A stretch of 64,000 bases of DNA from Natronohydrobacter sp. (GCA_020832555.1 JAFIEM010000006.1:1372-65371); one strand, 5' to 3'; shown: positions 39,507 to 50,225, counted from the first letter of the stretch. Made by a program: numbers and translations. The notes: generated from the sequence alone by a model not told the origin.

Positions 39507-41672
39507 ATGCACCTTCCCCCGCCCCTGACCCGTGATCTTGTCCTGATCGGTGGTGGCCACACCCATGCGCTGGTGCTGCACAAATGGGCGATGCAGCCGC
39601 TTGCGGGCGCGCGTGTCACGCTGATCAACCCGGACCCGACCGCGCCCTATACCGGCATGTTACCCGGCCATATTGCCGGCCATTACAGCCGCGAGGCGCT
39701 GGAGATTGACCTGATCCGCCTTGCCCGCCGCGCCGGGGCGCGCATCATCCTTGGCCGCGCCGAGGGGCTGGACCCCGTCGCGCGTCAGGTGCATGTGCCG
39801 GGTCGCCCGCCCATTAGCTATGACGTGGCCTCGGTCGATATCGGCATCACTTCTGACCTGCCTGCGCTGCCGGGCTATCGCGACCACGCGGTTTCGGCCA
39901 AACCGCTGGGGGCCTATGCGGCGCGCTGGCAGGAGTGGCTTGCACGGATGCAGGCAGGCCAGACAGCGGCGCAGATCGCCATCATCGGGGGGGGCGTCGC
40001 AGGGGTTGAACTGGCCCTCGCGATGGCCCATCGGCTACATGGCCATGCGCCGGAAATCACCCTGGTCGATGCAGGACCGCTGCTGCCCAATATCGGTGCA
40101 CAGGCCCGCAAACGACTGATCCTGCATCTGAAACGGGCGCAAGTGACCGTGATCGAGAACGCGCGCCCCGCCGCTGTAACCGAAAACGGGCTGGAGCTGG
40201 CAGACGCACGGTTGATCCGCGCGAGTTTCGTGCTGGGTGCAGCAGGATCACGCCCGCAGGATTGGCTGCGCGGCACCGGGCTGGACCTGACCGAAGGCTT
40301 TGTCACAGTTGACCCTTTCCTGCGTTCGGTGAGTGCGCTCGAGGTCTTTGCCGTCGGTGACTGCGCCCATATGGCCCATGCGCCACGCCCCAAGGCCGGG
40401 GTCTTTGCCGTCCGGCAAGCCCCGATCCTGTTCCAGAATCTACGCGCGGCGCTTGGGGCGGGCGAGATGCGCGCCTATCACCCGCAGCGGGATTATCTGA
40501 AACTCGTCTCGCTGGGGGACAGGACCGCGCTGGCCGACAAATGGTCGCTACCGCTTGAGGGGGCATGGCTATGGCGGCTGAAAGACCGGATCGACGAAAA
40601 ATTCATGAGCCAATTCCGCGATGCGCGCCCCATGCCCCCCGCCCTGCCACGCGAACACGCCAGCGGGTTGGCCGAGATGCTGGGCGACAAACCCCTTTGC
40701 GGCGGCTGTGGTGCGAAGATGGGCGCGCAGGCGCTCGCGGCGGCGCTTCCAAAAGTCACGCGCGATGACATCGAGGGGGGCATCGGTGACGATGCGGCCA
40801 TCCTGCGCATGGGCGAGACGCGGCAAGTGATCGCCACTGACCATCTGCGCGCGCTGGTCGAGGATCCTTGGCTGATGGCCCGGATCGCCGCCACGCATGC
40901 GCTGGGGGATATTTGGGCGATGGGCGCGCGCCCGCAGGCGGCGCTGGCCTCGGTCACGCTGCCGCGCATGTCGCCGGAATTGCAGGCCCGCACATTGCGC
41001 GAAGTGATGGCTGGGGCAGACTCCGTACTTGGTCCGGCAGGCGCGGCGCTGGTCGGCGGGCATAGCGCGATGGGGGCCGAGATGCAGCTTGGCTTCACCC
41101 TGACCGGGCTGCTGGGCGGGCGGGCGCTGACGAAAGCGGGGGCACAGGTGGGCGATGCGCTGATCCTGACCAAGCCGCTCGGGACTGGCGTGATCATGGC
41201 CGGGGAAATGCGCTGGGCGGCCCCCGGTGGTGTGGTGGCCGGGGCGCTGTCCGCGATGGTTCAGGACCAGGCGCAGGCTGCGATGATCCTGCGTGACGCC
41301 CATGCCATGACCGATGTGACGGGCTTCGGACTGGCCGGGCATCTGGCAGAAATGCTGACGCCCGACCGCCTGAGCGCGCAGATTGATCTGGCCGCGCTGC
41401 CGCTTCTGGACGGGGCAGAAGGCTTGGCGGCAGAGGGGATCGAATCGAGCCTCGCGCCCGCCAATCGCGCGGCCCTGCTGGGGGTTCTGGACGCCCCGAA
41501 AAGCGCGCGTGCGGCGCTGTTGGTGGATCCGCAAACTGCAGGCGGATTATTGGTCGCCGTTTCAGGCGCACAGGCCGAGGCGCTTCTGAATGAATTGCAA
41601 GACGCAGGCTACCGGGCCGCCATTATCGGAAAAGTGACAGCAGATACCGGGCCAAAAATTATCGCGACGTGA
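39507..41672 (+). CDS. selD: Selenide,water dikinase fused to an N-terminal NADH-dehydrogenase-like FAD oxidoreductase
   Basis: LIGGGHTH, GGGVAGVE, FAVGDCA, then CGGCGAK, GDDAA, DIWAMG, LTKPLGTG, TDVTGFGL, DPQTAGGLL. Confidence 0.93.
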   Translation: MHLPPPLTRDLVLIGGGHTHALVLHKWAMQPLAGARVTLINPDPTAPYTGMLPGHIAGHYSREALEIDLIRLARRAGARIILGRAEGLDPVARQVHVPGRPPISYDVASVDIGITSDLPALPGYRDHAVSAKPLGAYAARWQEWLARMQAGQTAAQIAIIGGGVAGVELALAMAHRLHGHAPEITLVDAGPLLPNIGAQARKRLILHLKRAQVTVIENARPAAVTENGLELADARLIRASFVLGAAGSRPQDWLRGTGLDLTEGFVTVDPFLRSVSALEVFAVGDCAHMAHAPRPKAGVFAVRQAPILFQNLRAALGAGEMRAYHPQRDYLKLVSLGDRTALADKWSLPLEGAWLWRLKDRIDEKFMSQFRDARPMPPALPREHASGLAEMLGDKPLCGGCGAKMGAQALAAALPKVTRDDIEGGIGDDAAILRMGETRQVIATDHLRALVEDPWLMARIAATHALGDIWAMGARPQAALASVTLPRMSPELQARTLREVMAGADSVLGPAGAALVGGHSAMGAEMQLGFTLTGLLGGRALTKAGAQVGDALILTKPLGTGVIMAGEMRWAAPGGVVAGALSAMVQDQAQAAMILRDAHAMTDVTGFGLAGHLAEMLTPDRLSAQIDLAALPLLDGAEGLAAEGIESSLAPANRAALLGVLDAPKSARAALLVDPQTAGGLLVAVSGAQAEALLNELQDAGYRAAIIGKVTADTGPKIIAT

Positions 41673-42735
41673 TCGGGGTTTCCGAACGACTTGCAGATTC
41701 ACCGCCTTGCAGCAGGTCAATCAGCCGTCTTGCGGCCAAATCCTGCGACATTTCCGACAAATCCGCCAAAGCGATCTGTTCCAGCGGTGCCGCGCGGCGT
41801 TGTGCGCGCCGGTAGCGCGGATCGTAATGCTGCAAGATCAAATCCGCGACCAGTTCCGTAAAACGCCCCTCTTGCGCCGCAAGATGCCATACGGACAGAT
41901 GCTCTTTCGACTGATAGGGGCGCAGTTTCTCCAGCGTTTCCGCCAGCCGGTCCGGGTCGTCGCAAAAGCTGCGATAGTCCCGCAGGATATGGCTCACGCG
42001 CGCCTCGATCGGGGCCGTGATTTCGACATGAGGTGCGCTGCGCATTGCCTGCCAGAGCGACGGCGGCAGGCGCAATGCGCCGATCCGGTTCGATTCTGCC
42101 TCGATCAGCACTGGACGCGATGGATCCAGCGCCACCACGGCCTGCGCCAACCGCGTCTCGAACAGTTTCTGCGAGGATTGCGGCGCATCCGACCCAAAGA
42201 GCGAGCCGCGATGACCGGCCAACGCCTCCAGATCCAGCACCTGCGCACCCAAAGCCGCAACGCGCGCCAGCATCCCGGTCTTGGCTGTGCCGGTACCCCC
42301 GTCAAGCAGCAGGATGGGTGCAGGAAAGGGCATCTCATAGAGCTGCGCCTGCACCAGACGGCGGTAGCTTTTATAGCCGCCCTCCAGCACAGCGACACGC
42401 CAGCCAATCTGGCGCAGGATCGTGGCGAATGACCCCGAACGCTGCCCGCCACGCCAGCAATAGACCAGCGGTTGCCAATCGCCCGGCTTGTCCGAGAGCG
42501 GCCCCAGCAGATGCTGCGCCACATTCTGCGCGACCAGCGCCGCGCCGCGCTTGCGCGCCATGAATGGGCTGTCCTGTTTGTAGATCGTGCCGATTTCGGC
42601 GCGTTCCAGATCACTCAGCACCGGCAGGTTGATCGCGCCGGGCAGATGATCCTCTGCAAATTCCGAAGGCGCACGGGCATCGATGATCGTGTCCGCCGTC
42701 AGCGTCGCCAAATCGTGCAAAGAGGTCAGTTTCAT
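41659..42735 (-). CDS. selU: tRNA 2-selenouridine(34) synthase MnmH/SelU
   Basis: Rhodanese IDARAPSEF..DHLPGA, YCWRGGQRS, GGYKSYR, P-loop GGTGTAKT, HRGSLFG, HYDPRY. Confidence 0.93.
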   Translation of the reverse strand: MKLTSLHDLATLTADTIIDARAPSEFAEDHLPGAINLPVLSDLERAEIGTIYKQDSPFMARKRGAALVAQNVAQHLLGPLSDKPGDWQPLVYCWRGGQRSGSFATILRQIGWRVAVLEGGYKSYRRLVQAQLYEMPFPAPILLLDGGTGTAKTGMLARVAALGAQVLDLEALAGHRGSLFGSDAPQSSQKLFETRLAQAVVALDPSRPVLIEAESNRIGALRLPPSLWQAMRSAPHVEITAPIEARVSHILRDYRSFCDDPDRLAETLEKLRPYQSKEHLSVWHLAAQEGRFTELVADLILQHYDPRYRRAQRRAAPLEQIALADLSEMSQDLAARRLIDLLQGGESASRSETPITSR

Positions 42736-42781
42736 GGCCCAATATCCCCTGCCGCAGCCATGACCGCGACAGGGGCGAAGG

Positions 42782-45313
42782 TCAATCCTGCGCACGCAGG
42801 ATTTGCGCGGGCCGCACGGCAAGCGGGCGCAAGGCAAAGGCCAGCCCGGCCAGCAACGTCGCCATGATCCCGCCCAGAACGATGGCCAGCGCCGAGACCG
42901 GCTCGAAGATGTAACTCGATTCGAGCACGAAGCGCATCACGGCCCAGGACGCCAAGGCCGCCGCGCCCAGCGCGACCAGCCCCGCCGCAGCCCCCATCAG
43001 CGAAGCACGCAGCGCGAAACTGGTCAGGATCTGGCCGCGCGTCGCGCCAAGGGTTTTCATCACGGCGGCCTCGAACACCCGCGCGCGCTCGCCCGCCGCA
43101 GCGGCCCCGATCAGCACCACAAAGCCTGTCAGAAGCGTGGCAAGGGCGGCGTAGCTGGTGGCCGTGGCCATGGTGGACAGCGCCTCTGTCACGCGCTCGG
43201 CCGCTTCGCGCACGCGAATCGCGGTGATATTCGGGAACATGTTCGACAGATCGCGCAAGATCGCGCCCTCGGCAGCTTCCAGCGCGTAGACGGTGGCGAT
43301 ATGGGTATGCGGGGCGGAACGCAGCGGTTCCGGCGACATGACCATCACAAAGCCGATACCGCCAGTCGAGAAATCCACTTCGCGCAGATTGGCGATTTCC
43401 GCAGTGATATCGCGGCCCAGAATATTCACCGTCACAGTGTCGCCAATCGTCAGACCCAGATCGCCCGCCTGTTCCGCGCCCATGCTGACCAAGGGCGGGC
43501 CTGCGTAATCCTCTGGCCACCATTCGCCAGCGGTCAGGCGCGTGCCATCGGGCATGGTCGCCGAATAGCTGATACCCCGGTCGCCGCGCAGCACCCAATG
43601 CCCGCTGGCCGGATGCTCGCGCGCCGGGATGCCATTCAGGGCCGAGACAACGCCGCGCAGCATGGGTGCCGTGTCCACGCGGTCGACATTTTCATCCTCG
43701 GCCAGCCGCGCTAGAAAGCCCTCCAACTGGTGGTTCTGGATATCGAGGAAGAAATAGCTTGGCGCGCGGTCCGGCAGGTCCATCGCAATGGCGCGGCGCA
43801 GGTTGCTGTCGATCTGGCCCACAGCCGCCAACACTGTCAGGCCAAGCCCCAGCGACAGGATCACGGCGGTCGCCCCTTCGCGCGGGTTGCTGATCGCGCC
43901 CATCGCCATGCGCAGGCTGGTGCGGCCGCGAAGCGCGCGCGCGCGGGCAAGGTTGCGCGCGACAAAACGCACCAGCACTGCCGCCAGCGCAAGGATCGCC
44001 AGCGCCAGCATCACGCCACCAGCGGTTGCAAAAGCCAGACGCGGGACGGCGGCGAAACTGGCAGCGATCCCCACCAAGCCTGCGACCAGCACAGCCGTTA
44101 CCAGCAGGTAAGGCCAGCGCGGCCAGTCCTTCGCGCTTTCCGACACCCCGCGAAAGATGGTTGCGGCGCGCACATGCTCGGTCCGCGCAAGTGGCCAGAG
44201 GGTGAAGATCAGCGCAGTCAGGGCACCGTAAAGTGCGGCCTCGATCAGCGCGCGGGGGTGAAGGCCGATTTCCAGATCGACCGGCACCTGATCCGCGACC
44301 AGAGGGGCCACCGCGAAGGGCACGACAGCGCCCAGCGCCAGCCCCAGCACCAGCCCGAAGCCGGTCAGAACCCCGATCTGCATCAGATAGACCGCAAAGA
44401 TCGTGCGGCTTTCCGCGCCCAGCGTTTTCAGCGTGGCGATGACCTTGGTCTTGCCGTCTAGGTAGGTCCGCACCGCCGCCGAAACTCCGACGCCACCGAC
44501 GGCAAGCCCGGCCAGCCCGACCAGCACGAGGAAGGAGGAAACCCGCTCGATCACATTGCGGATCTGCGGGGCGGCATTGCGGCTGTCACGCCAGCGCACC
44601 CCTGCCCCGTCAAACTGCGCATTGACCCCGCGGCGGGCGGCATCAAGCGACTGGCCGGGTAGAAGCAGGCGGTAATTCACCTCGTATAGTGTGCCGGGGC
44701 CGAGAAGTTCGGCCCCGTCCAACGCCTCGCGCAAGACCAAGGTGCGCGGGCCAAAGCCGAAATTCGCGCCCAAACCATCGGGTTCGCGGGTCAGATGCGC
44801 GGTCAGGCGAAACTCCTGCACACCAAGGCGGAACGTGTCGCCAATCTCCAGCCCCAACCGTTCAGCAAGGATGCGTTCCATCACACCACCGGGCAGACCG
44901 TCCTGCAGGGCCAGCGCATCGGCCAGTGAAATATCGGGGGCAAGACCCACGCGCCCCACCAGCGGATAGGCGCTGTCCACGCCCTTGACCTGCGTGACCG
45001 AGCGTTCCGAACTATCGCCCTCGCCCGTCACCGCCATCGAGCGGAAATCGACCACTTCCGACACCTCGGCCGCGAAGTCATCAATCCAGGCGCGTTCCTC
45101 TGGAGTTGCGAAACGGTAGGTGAAGCGCAATTCCGCATCCCCCCCCAGAAGCGTTGCCCCTTCGCGTGCAAGCCCGTCATCAATCGCGCCACGCACAGAC
45201 CCCACTGCCGCAATCGCGCCCACACCCAGCGCAAGACAGGCCAGAAACACCCAGAACCCACGCAAGCCCCCGCGCAATTCGCGCCGGGCAATCCGCCATG
45301 CAACGCCGCTCAT
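42782..45313 (-). CDS. ybbP: ABC transporter permease YbbP (FtsX-like)
   Basis: ARRELRGG, LLGGD, VKGVDSAYPL, two FtsX repeats, APSYFFLDIQ. Confidence 0.88.
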   Translation of the reverse strand: MSGVAWRIARRELRGGLRGFWVFLACLALGVGAIAAVGSVRGAIDDGLAREGATLLGGDAELRFTYRFATPEERAWIDDFAAEVSEVVDFRSMAVTGEGDSSERSVTQVKGVDSAYPLVGRVGLAPDISLADALALQDGLPGGVMERILAERLGLEIGDTFRLGVQEFRLTAHLTREPDGLGANFGFGPRTLVLREALDGAELLGPGTLYEVNYRLLLPGQSLDAARRGVNAQFDGAGVRWRDSRNAAPQIRNVIERVSSFLVLVGLAGLAVGGVGVSAAVRTYLDGKTKVIATLKTLGAESRTIFAVYLMQIGVLTGFGLVLGLALGAVVPFAVAPLVADQVPVDLEIGLHPRALIEAALYGALTALIFTLWPLARTEHVRAATIFRGVSESAKDWPRWPYLLVTAVLVAGLVGIAASFAAVPRLAFATAGGVMLALAILALAAVLVRFVARNLARARALRGRTSLRMAMGAISNPREGATAVILSLGLGLTVLAAVGQIDSNLRRAIAMDLPDRAPSYFFLDIQNHQLEGFLARLAEDENVDRVDTAPMLRGVVSALNGIPAREHPASGHWVLRGDRGISYSATMPDGTRLTAGEWWPEDYAGPPLVSMGAEQAGDLGLTIGDTVTVNILGRDITAEIANLREVDFSTGGIGFVMVMSPEPLRSAPHTHIATVYALEAAEGAILRDLSNMFPNITAIRVREAAERVTEALSTMATATSYAALATLLTGFVVLIGAAAAGERARVFEAAVMKTLGATRGQILTSFALRASLMGAAAGLVALGAAALASWAVMRFVLESSYIFEPVSALAIVLGGIMATLLAGLAFALRPLAVRPAQILRAQD

Positions 45314-46014
45314 TCGGCGGCCTGCGCGCGGGTCGCGCGGTCCTCGCCTGCGATCTGGCCATCGGCCAGCCGGATCACGCGGTCACAACGCGCGGCCAGT
45401 TCAGGCGCATGCGTGACCAGCACCAGCGTCGCGCCATGCCGGTCGCGCAGCCCGAACAGCAGATCCATGATCGCCTGTCCATTGGGACCATCCAGATTGC
45501 CGGTCGGTTCATCCGCAAGCAGGATCGCCGGACGCGGGGCCGCCGCGCGCGCAAGCGCCACGCGCTGCTGTTCGCCGCCCGACATCTGCGCCGGGTAATG
45601 GTCCAGCCGGTGCCCCAGCCCCACCGCGCGCAATTCTTCCTCGGCGCGCTCGAACGCATCGCGCCGGCCTGCCAGTTCCAACGGGGTCGCGACATTTTCA
45701 AGCGCCGTCATTGTGGGAATCAGGTGGAAAGACTGAAACACCACCCCCATATGTTGACGACGAAACCGGGCCAGCGCATCTTCGCCCAGGGTGGTCAGGT
45801 CATGGCCCATCGCCATGACCACCCCGCCTGTGGCGCGTTCCAGCCCGCCCATCAGCATGAGGAGCGAGGATTTGCCCGACCCGGACGGCCCGATCAGCCC
45901 CACAGTCTCGCCCTTGGTCACATCCAGCGTGATATCGCGCAGGATCATCACCGGCCCGGCATTTCCCTGCAGGGTCAGCCCCACATTTTTCAGTGAGAGA
46001 ACCATGTCCGTCAT
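45310..46014 (-). CDS. ybbA: ABC transporter ATP-binding protein YbbA
   Basis: GPSGSGKS, FQSFHLIPTMTALENV, MSGGEQQRVALARA; divergent from tesA as in the conserved tesA-ybbAP arrangement. Confidence 0.88.
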   Translation of the reverse strand: MTDMVLSLKNVGLTLQGNAGPVMILRDITLDVTKGETVGLIGPSGSGKSSLLMLMGGLERATGGVVMAMGHDLTTLGEDALARFRRQHMGVVFQSFHLIPTMTALENVATPLELAGRRDAFERAEEELRAVGLGHRLDHYPAQMSGGEQQRVALARAAAPRPAILLADEPTGNLDGPNGQAIMDLLFGLRDRHGATLVLVTHAPELAARCDRVIRLADGQIAGEDRATRAQAAE

Positions 46015-46732
46015 TCCAACCGTCCTTGTAACCACATTTCACTCTGCATATGGGGCCGCACGCGTCACAGGCAACCGCTGCACTGCGGCGTTGGGGGCTT
46101 TAACGCTCACTCTGGGGGTTTCCGTCGCCCCTGCAAGTGCCGAAACATTTCGGCTGGTGGCGCTCGGTGACAGTCTGACCCAAGGCTACGGCCTGCCCAC
46201 AGATGACGGTTTCGTGCCGCAACTGCAAAGCTGGTTGCAGGAAAACGGGCTGGAGGTCGAGGTCATCAATGCAGGCGTATCCGGCGACACGACGGCCGGG
46301 GGGCTGGCGCGGATGGACTGGACGCTGGAAGAGCCGGTCAATGCCATGCTGGTCACATTGGGCGGGAACGATCTGCTGCGCGGGATCAACCCGGCGGCCA
46401 GCCGTGAAAACCTGGAAGGTATCCTGTCGCGGCTGGAGCGCGACCAGATCCCTGCCATGCTGATCGGCCTGCCTGCGCCGGGCAATTACGGGCCAGAGTT
46501 CAAGCTGGCTTTCGAGCGCATGTATATTGACCTTTCAGGCCAGTTCGACGTACCGATGGTGCCGAATTTCATGCAGCCCATGACCGACAAGGCCGATGCC
46601 GGGGCCAGTTTCAATGATCTGATGCAGGACGATCACATTCACCCCAATGCGGATGGGGTGAAAATGATCGTCGAACATCTTGGTCCACAGGTGCTGTCCT
46701 TCCTGAAATCTCTGGAAAACGAGACAAATTGA
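46004..46732 (+). CDS. tesA: Arylesterase / acyl-CoA thioesterase I (SGNH)
   Basis: LGDSLTQGYG, NAGVSGDTT, LGGND, DHIHPN; start uncertain (46004 or a later TTG). Confidence 0.87.
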   Translation: MSVIPTVLVTTFHSAYGAARVTGNRCTAALGALTLTLGVSVAPASAETFRLVALGDSLTQGYGLPTDDGFVPQLQSWLQENGLEVEVINAGVSGDTTAGGLARMDWTLEEPVNAMLVTLGGNDLLRGINPAASRENLEGILSRLERDQIPAMLIGLPAPGNYGPEFKLAFERMYIDLSGQFDVPMVPNFMQPMTDKADAGASFNDLMQDDHIHPNADGVKMIVEHLGPQVLSFLKSLENETN

Positions 46733-46855
46733 CCCCTGCAACCGCCTGAGGTTGTAGCCCCGCAGGCTTCTTGCTAAGCGAGCAGGGAAGAATTGCAGAC
46801 TGGCGCACGGCCCTGTTTTGACGGGCGCAGCGCCCCCGGAGCAGGCAGGATCAAG

Positions 46856-48022
46856 ATGGCCAGAGAGAATTATATTTTCACCTCGGAATCGGTTTCCGAA
46901 GGGCACCCTGACAAGGTCTGCGACCGGATTTCGGACGCGGTGCTGGATGCGCTTCTGGGTGAGGAAGAAAACGCACGCGTCGCCTGCGAGACTTTTGCAA
47001 CCTCGTCGCTGGTGGTGATTGGCGGTGAGGTTGGGCTTTCCGATCCCGAGCGGCTGAAGGATTACATGGGCCGCATCCCGCAAATCGCGCGCGATTGCAT
47101 CAAGGATATCGGCTATGAACAGGACAAGTTCCACTGGAACACCTGCCATGTGCTGAACTTCCTGCATGAGCAATCCGCCCATATCGCGCAAGGCGTGGAC
47201 CGCGATGGTGCTGGTGATCAGGGGATCATGTTCGGCTATGCAGTCAATGAGACCCCGGATCTGATGCCCGCCCCCATTCAATACGCCCATGCCATCCTGC
47301 ACCGGCTGGCCGAGGCCCGCAAATCCGGCGCAGCGCCCAGCCTGCGCCCGGATGCGAAGTCCCAGCTTTCGCTGCGCTACGAGGGCGGCAAACCCGTCGA
47401 GGTGACGCAGCTTGTGCTCTCGACCCAGCATGAGAGCGAAGACCAGACCTCTGACGATATCCGCGCGATTGTGGAACCCTATATCCGCGAAGTCCTGCCC
47501 GCAGGCTGGCTGACCGAAAAAACCGAATGGTGGGTCAACCCGACGGGCACTTTCGTCATCGGTGGCCCTGATGGCGATGCGGGTCTGACCGGGCGCAAAA
47601 TCATTGTGGACACTTATGGTGGCGCTGCCCCGCATGGCGGTGGCGCATTCTCGGGCAAGGATCCGACCAAGGTGGACCGCTCGGCGGCCTATGCCGCGCG
47701 CTATCTGGCGAAGAATGTGGTTGCCGCCGGTATGGCGCAGCGCTGCACCCTGCAGATCTCCTATGCCATTGGCGTGGCAAAACCGCTGTCGATCTATGTT
47801 GACACGCATGGCACTGGCGCGGTCGAGGATGAAGCCATTGAACGCGCCGTTACGCAGGTCATGGACCTGACCCCGCGCGGGATCCGCGAACATCTTGGGC
47901 TGAACCGTCCGATCTATGCCCGCACGGCAGCCTATGGACATTTCGGGCGCGCACCCGAGGCGGATGGCGGTTTTTCGTGGGAGAAAACCGATTTGGTCGA
48001 GGCTCTGAAGTCTGCGGTCTGA
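46856..48022 (+). CDS. metK: S-adenosylmethionine synthase
   Basis: [37 protein letters not shown]. Confidence 0.98.
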   Translation: MARENYIFTSESVSEGHPDKVCDRISDAVLDALLGEEENARVACETFATSSLVVIGGEVGLSDPERLKDYMGRIPQIARDCIKDIGYEQDKFHWNTCHVLNFLHEQSAHIAQGVDRDGAGDQGIMFGYAVNETPDLMPAPIQYAHAILHRLAEARKSGAAPSLRPDAKSQLSLRYEGGKPVEVTQLVLSTQHESEDQTSDDIRAIVEPYIREVLPAGWLTEKTEWWVNPTGTFVIGGPDGDAGLTGRKIIVDTYGGAAPHGGGAFSGKDPTKVDRSAAYAARYLAKNVVAAGMAQRCTLQISYAIGVAKPLSIYVDTHGTGAVEDEAIERAVTQVMDLTPRGIREHLGLNRPIYARTAAYGHFGRAPEADGGFSWEKTDLVEALKSAV

Positions 48023-48061
48023 TTTCGAAAGCAGCGCAAGATCATTGAACGAGGCACGGCA

Positions 48062-48676
48062 GTGAGAAACAACTCTTCCTCCAGAGTTCTGAAGGTGAAG
48101 AGTGTCAAGGAAACACTTGACGACTCGAAGAATGCCGAATTTTTCAAGAACCAGACGGTCTGCATAAACTCCAAGGACCGGCCACGCGGACTCCACGCAA
48201 ACGAGGTTCACCGTGTCACGATCAATGGGGTCACTATCCCCATGAAAGTGCAGAGCCGGGACAGCAAGATTGGTGAAGTTCGTCTCTTCGACTCTGCCCT
48301 TCGCAAGTTTGGTGTTTCGAGCGGTGACGAAGTATCAGTGGTGATTGAACAAGGTTCGCGCGACGACGAGATCGAATGGGCGCGCAATACTCGCGGGAAT
48401 GTCGAGCTTCGTCTGACGATCGCGCTGGTTGATGAAGCCGCGCGCCTTACGCACGAGATCAAGACCACCGGCGACACCTCACTACGCAAAATCGAGCAAA
48501 CGCATCGGAAAGTTCTCGACAATCTGGAGGAAACCCGGAGGCTTGAAGCCAACGCGAAGCGTCATAGGCTTTGGGGCTTTCTGCTTGGTGCAATCGGGGG
48601 TGCAATCGGGGTCGGTTTTGGCTTGATCAGTTGGGCCTACGAACCGTCTGATCTGATGGCCTTCTGGCCTTTTTGA
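48062..48676 (+). CDS. Hypothetical protein (beta-barrel-like N-terminus, helical middle, C-terminal TM), atypical composition
   Basis: 204-aa ORF filling the metK-fmt gap; many A/T-ending codons; C-terminal LWGFLLGAIGGAIGVGFGLISW. Confidence 0.65.
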   Translation: MRNNSSSRVLKVKSVKETLDDSKNAEFFKNQTVCINSKDRPRGLHANEVHRVTINGVTIPMKVQSRDSKIGEVRLFDSALRKFGVSSGDEVSVVIEQGSRDDEIEWARNTRGNVELRLTIALVDEAARLTHEIKTTGDTSLRKIEQTHRKVLDNLEETRRLEANAKRHRLWGFLLGAIGGAIGVGFGLISWAYEPSDLMAFWPF

Positions 48677-48807
48677 ACATTAGCGCTTATGCAGTCCGGA
48701 GTTGTGTCTGAATTGGACACGCTGTTTGCGTGTGGCCGGCAGCGGCAGAGGGTGTGAGAGGTCTTTACCGTGCCCGGCCTGATCGCACAGACTGAAGTAC
48801 GCACACG

Positions 48808-49731
48808 CTAAAAGAAGAATTGCCCTTCCAACTCGCCCAATCCATTGAGTAGCTCTGCAGCCCTCATCGCACGCTTGCCCTCGCGCTGGACCGCCAGCAG
48901 ATCGACCGCACCCTGCCCGCAAGCCACGGTCAACCCTTCCAGAACCTCGCCCGGCACGCCCTGCCCTGACACGCTGCGCGCATCAAGCAGTTTCAAGCGC
49001 CCGAAAGGCGTCTCGCACCATGCGCCCGGAAAGGGCGACAGCCCCCGGATCATGCGCGCGACCTCTTGCGCCGGGCGCGTCCAGTCCACCCGCGCCTCGG
49101 CCTTGTCGATCTTTGCTGCATAGGTGACGCCTGCATGAGGCTGTGCTTCAGGCACGAGCGTCGGCAGACGGGCCAGCGCGTCACGGATCAGCGCCGCCCC
49201 CATCTGCGACAGCCGGTCATGCAGGGTTGCACTCGTGTCCTCTTCGGTGATGGGTGTCGCTGCGCGCAGCAGAACCGGCCCGGTATCCAGCCCGGCCTCC
49301 ATCTGCATGATGCAGACACCTGTTTCGGCATCGCCCGCCATGATCGCGCGCTGGATCGGCGCGGCCCCGCGCCAACGCGGCAGCAGCGAGGCATGGATGT
49401 TCAGGCATCCGAAACCTGGGGCGTCCAGCACCATTTGGGGCAGGATCAGCCCATAGGCCACGACGACGGCGACATCTGCACCAAGCGCCGCAAATTCGGC
49501 CTGCGCGTCGGGCGTTTTCAGGCTGACCGGATGGCGCACTTCCAGCCCAAGAGCCTGCGCGCGTTGATGGACCGGGGTCAGCCGGGGTTGTTTGCCCCGA
49601 CCCGCAGGGCGCGGCGGCTGGGTATAGACACAGATCACATCATGGTCGGCATGGACGGCATCGAGTGCCGCTACCGAGAAATCGGGCGTGCCCATGAAAA
49701 TGACGCGCAGACGGCTCGTAGGGTGCGTCAT
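48808..49731 (-). CDS. fmt: Methionyl-tRNA formyltransferase
   Basis: [33 protein letters not shown]. Confidence 0.96.
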   Translation of the reverse strand: MTHPTSRLRVIFMGTPDFSVAALDAVHADHDVICVYTQPPRPAGRGKQPRLTPVHQRAQALGLEVRHPVSLKTPDAQAEFAALGADVAVVVAYGLILPQMVLDAPGFGCLNIHASLLPRWRGAAPIQRAIMAGDAETGVCIMQMEAGLDTGPVLLRAATPITEEDTSATLHDRLSQMGAALIRDALARLPTLVPEAQPHAGVTYAAKIDKAEARVDWTRPAQEVARMIRGLSPFPGAWCETPFGRLKLLDARSVSGQGVPGEVLEGLTVACGQGAVDLLAVQREGKRAMRAAELLNGLGELEGQFFF

Positions 49732-50225
49732 TGACGCACCTTCCGCGCGCGGCGCAGAAGCATGTCGCGGCGGGTTTTGCTCAGATGGTCGAAATACATC
49801 CGCCCCTGCAGATGGTCGATCTGATGCTGAACGCTGGTCGCCCAGAGGCTTACGAAATCCCGTTCCTCCAGCGCGCCCTCGGCGTTGAGAAACCGCACAG
49901 TCACCGCTCGGGGCCGCTCGATCTTCGCCCAGACACCCGGCAGATTGGGACTAGCCTCGTCATGTTCGCGCAGCTTGACACTGGCATGCAGGATTTCCGG
50001 ATTGGCCATGCGCACCGCCTGCCCGCGCCCCTCGGACGCATCCACCACCGCCAGGCGCAGCATCACCCCGATCTGGGGCGCAGCCAACCCCACACCGGGC
50101 ATCGCCTCCATCGTGTCGATCATGTCCGCCCAGATCGCACGGATCTCATCCGTGATCGCCTGCACGGGTTCGGCCACCGACCGCAGGCGCTTGTCGGGCC
50201 AGGGGATGCAGGGCCGGACGCTCAC
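49728..50225 (-). CDS. Peptide deformylase-like protein with degenerate metal-binding motifs
   Basis: [10 protein letters not shown] is intact, but EASPN replaces EGCLS and QHQIDH replaces QHEXDH. Confidence 0.88.
   Translation of the reverse strand: MSVRPCIPWPDKRLRSVAEPVQAITDEIRAIWADMIDTMEAMPGVGLAAPQIGVMLRLAVVDASEGRGQAVRMANPEILHASVKLREHDEASPNLPGVWAKIERPRAVTVRFLNAEGALEERDFVSLWATSVQHQIDHLQGRMYFDHLSKTRRDMLLRRARKVRQ

Noticed and set aside
40690-40720. Possible selenocysteine recoding in selD
   Set aside because: The active-site codons are TGC and TGT (Cys); there is no in-frame TGA.
46004-46014. Head-to-head overlap of tesA and ybbA
   Set aside because: The tight divergent tesA-ybbA arrangement is a known conserved layout, and the tesA start is uncertain.
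46733-46855. Expected SAM-SAH or SAM-II riboswitch upstream of metK
   Set aside because: I could not match either consensus by eye; an Infernal scan would be needed, so nothing is called.
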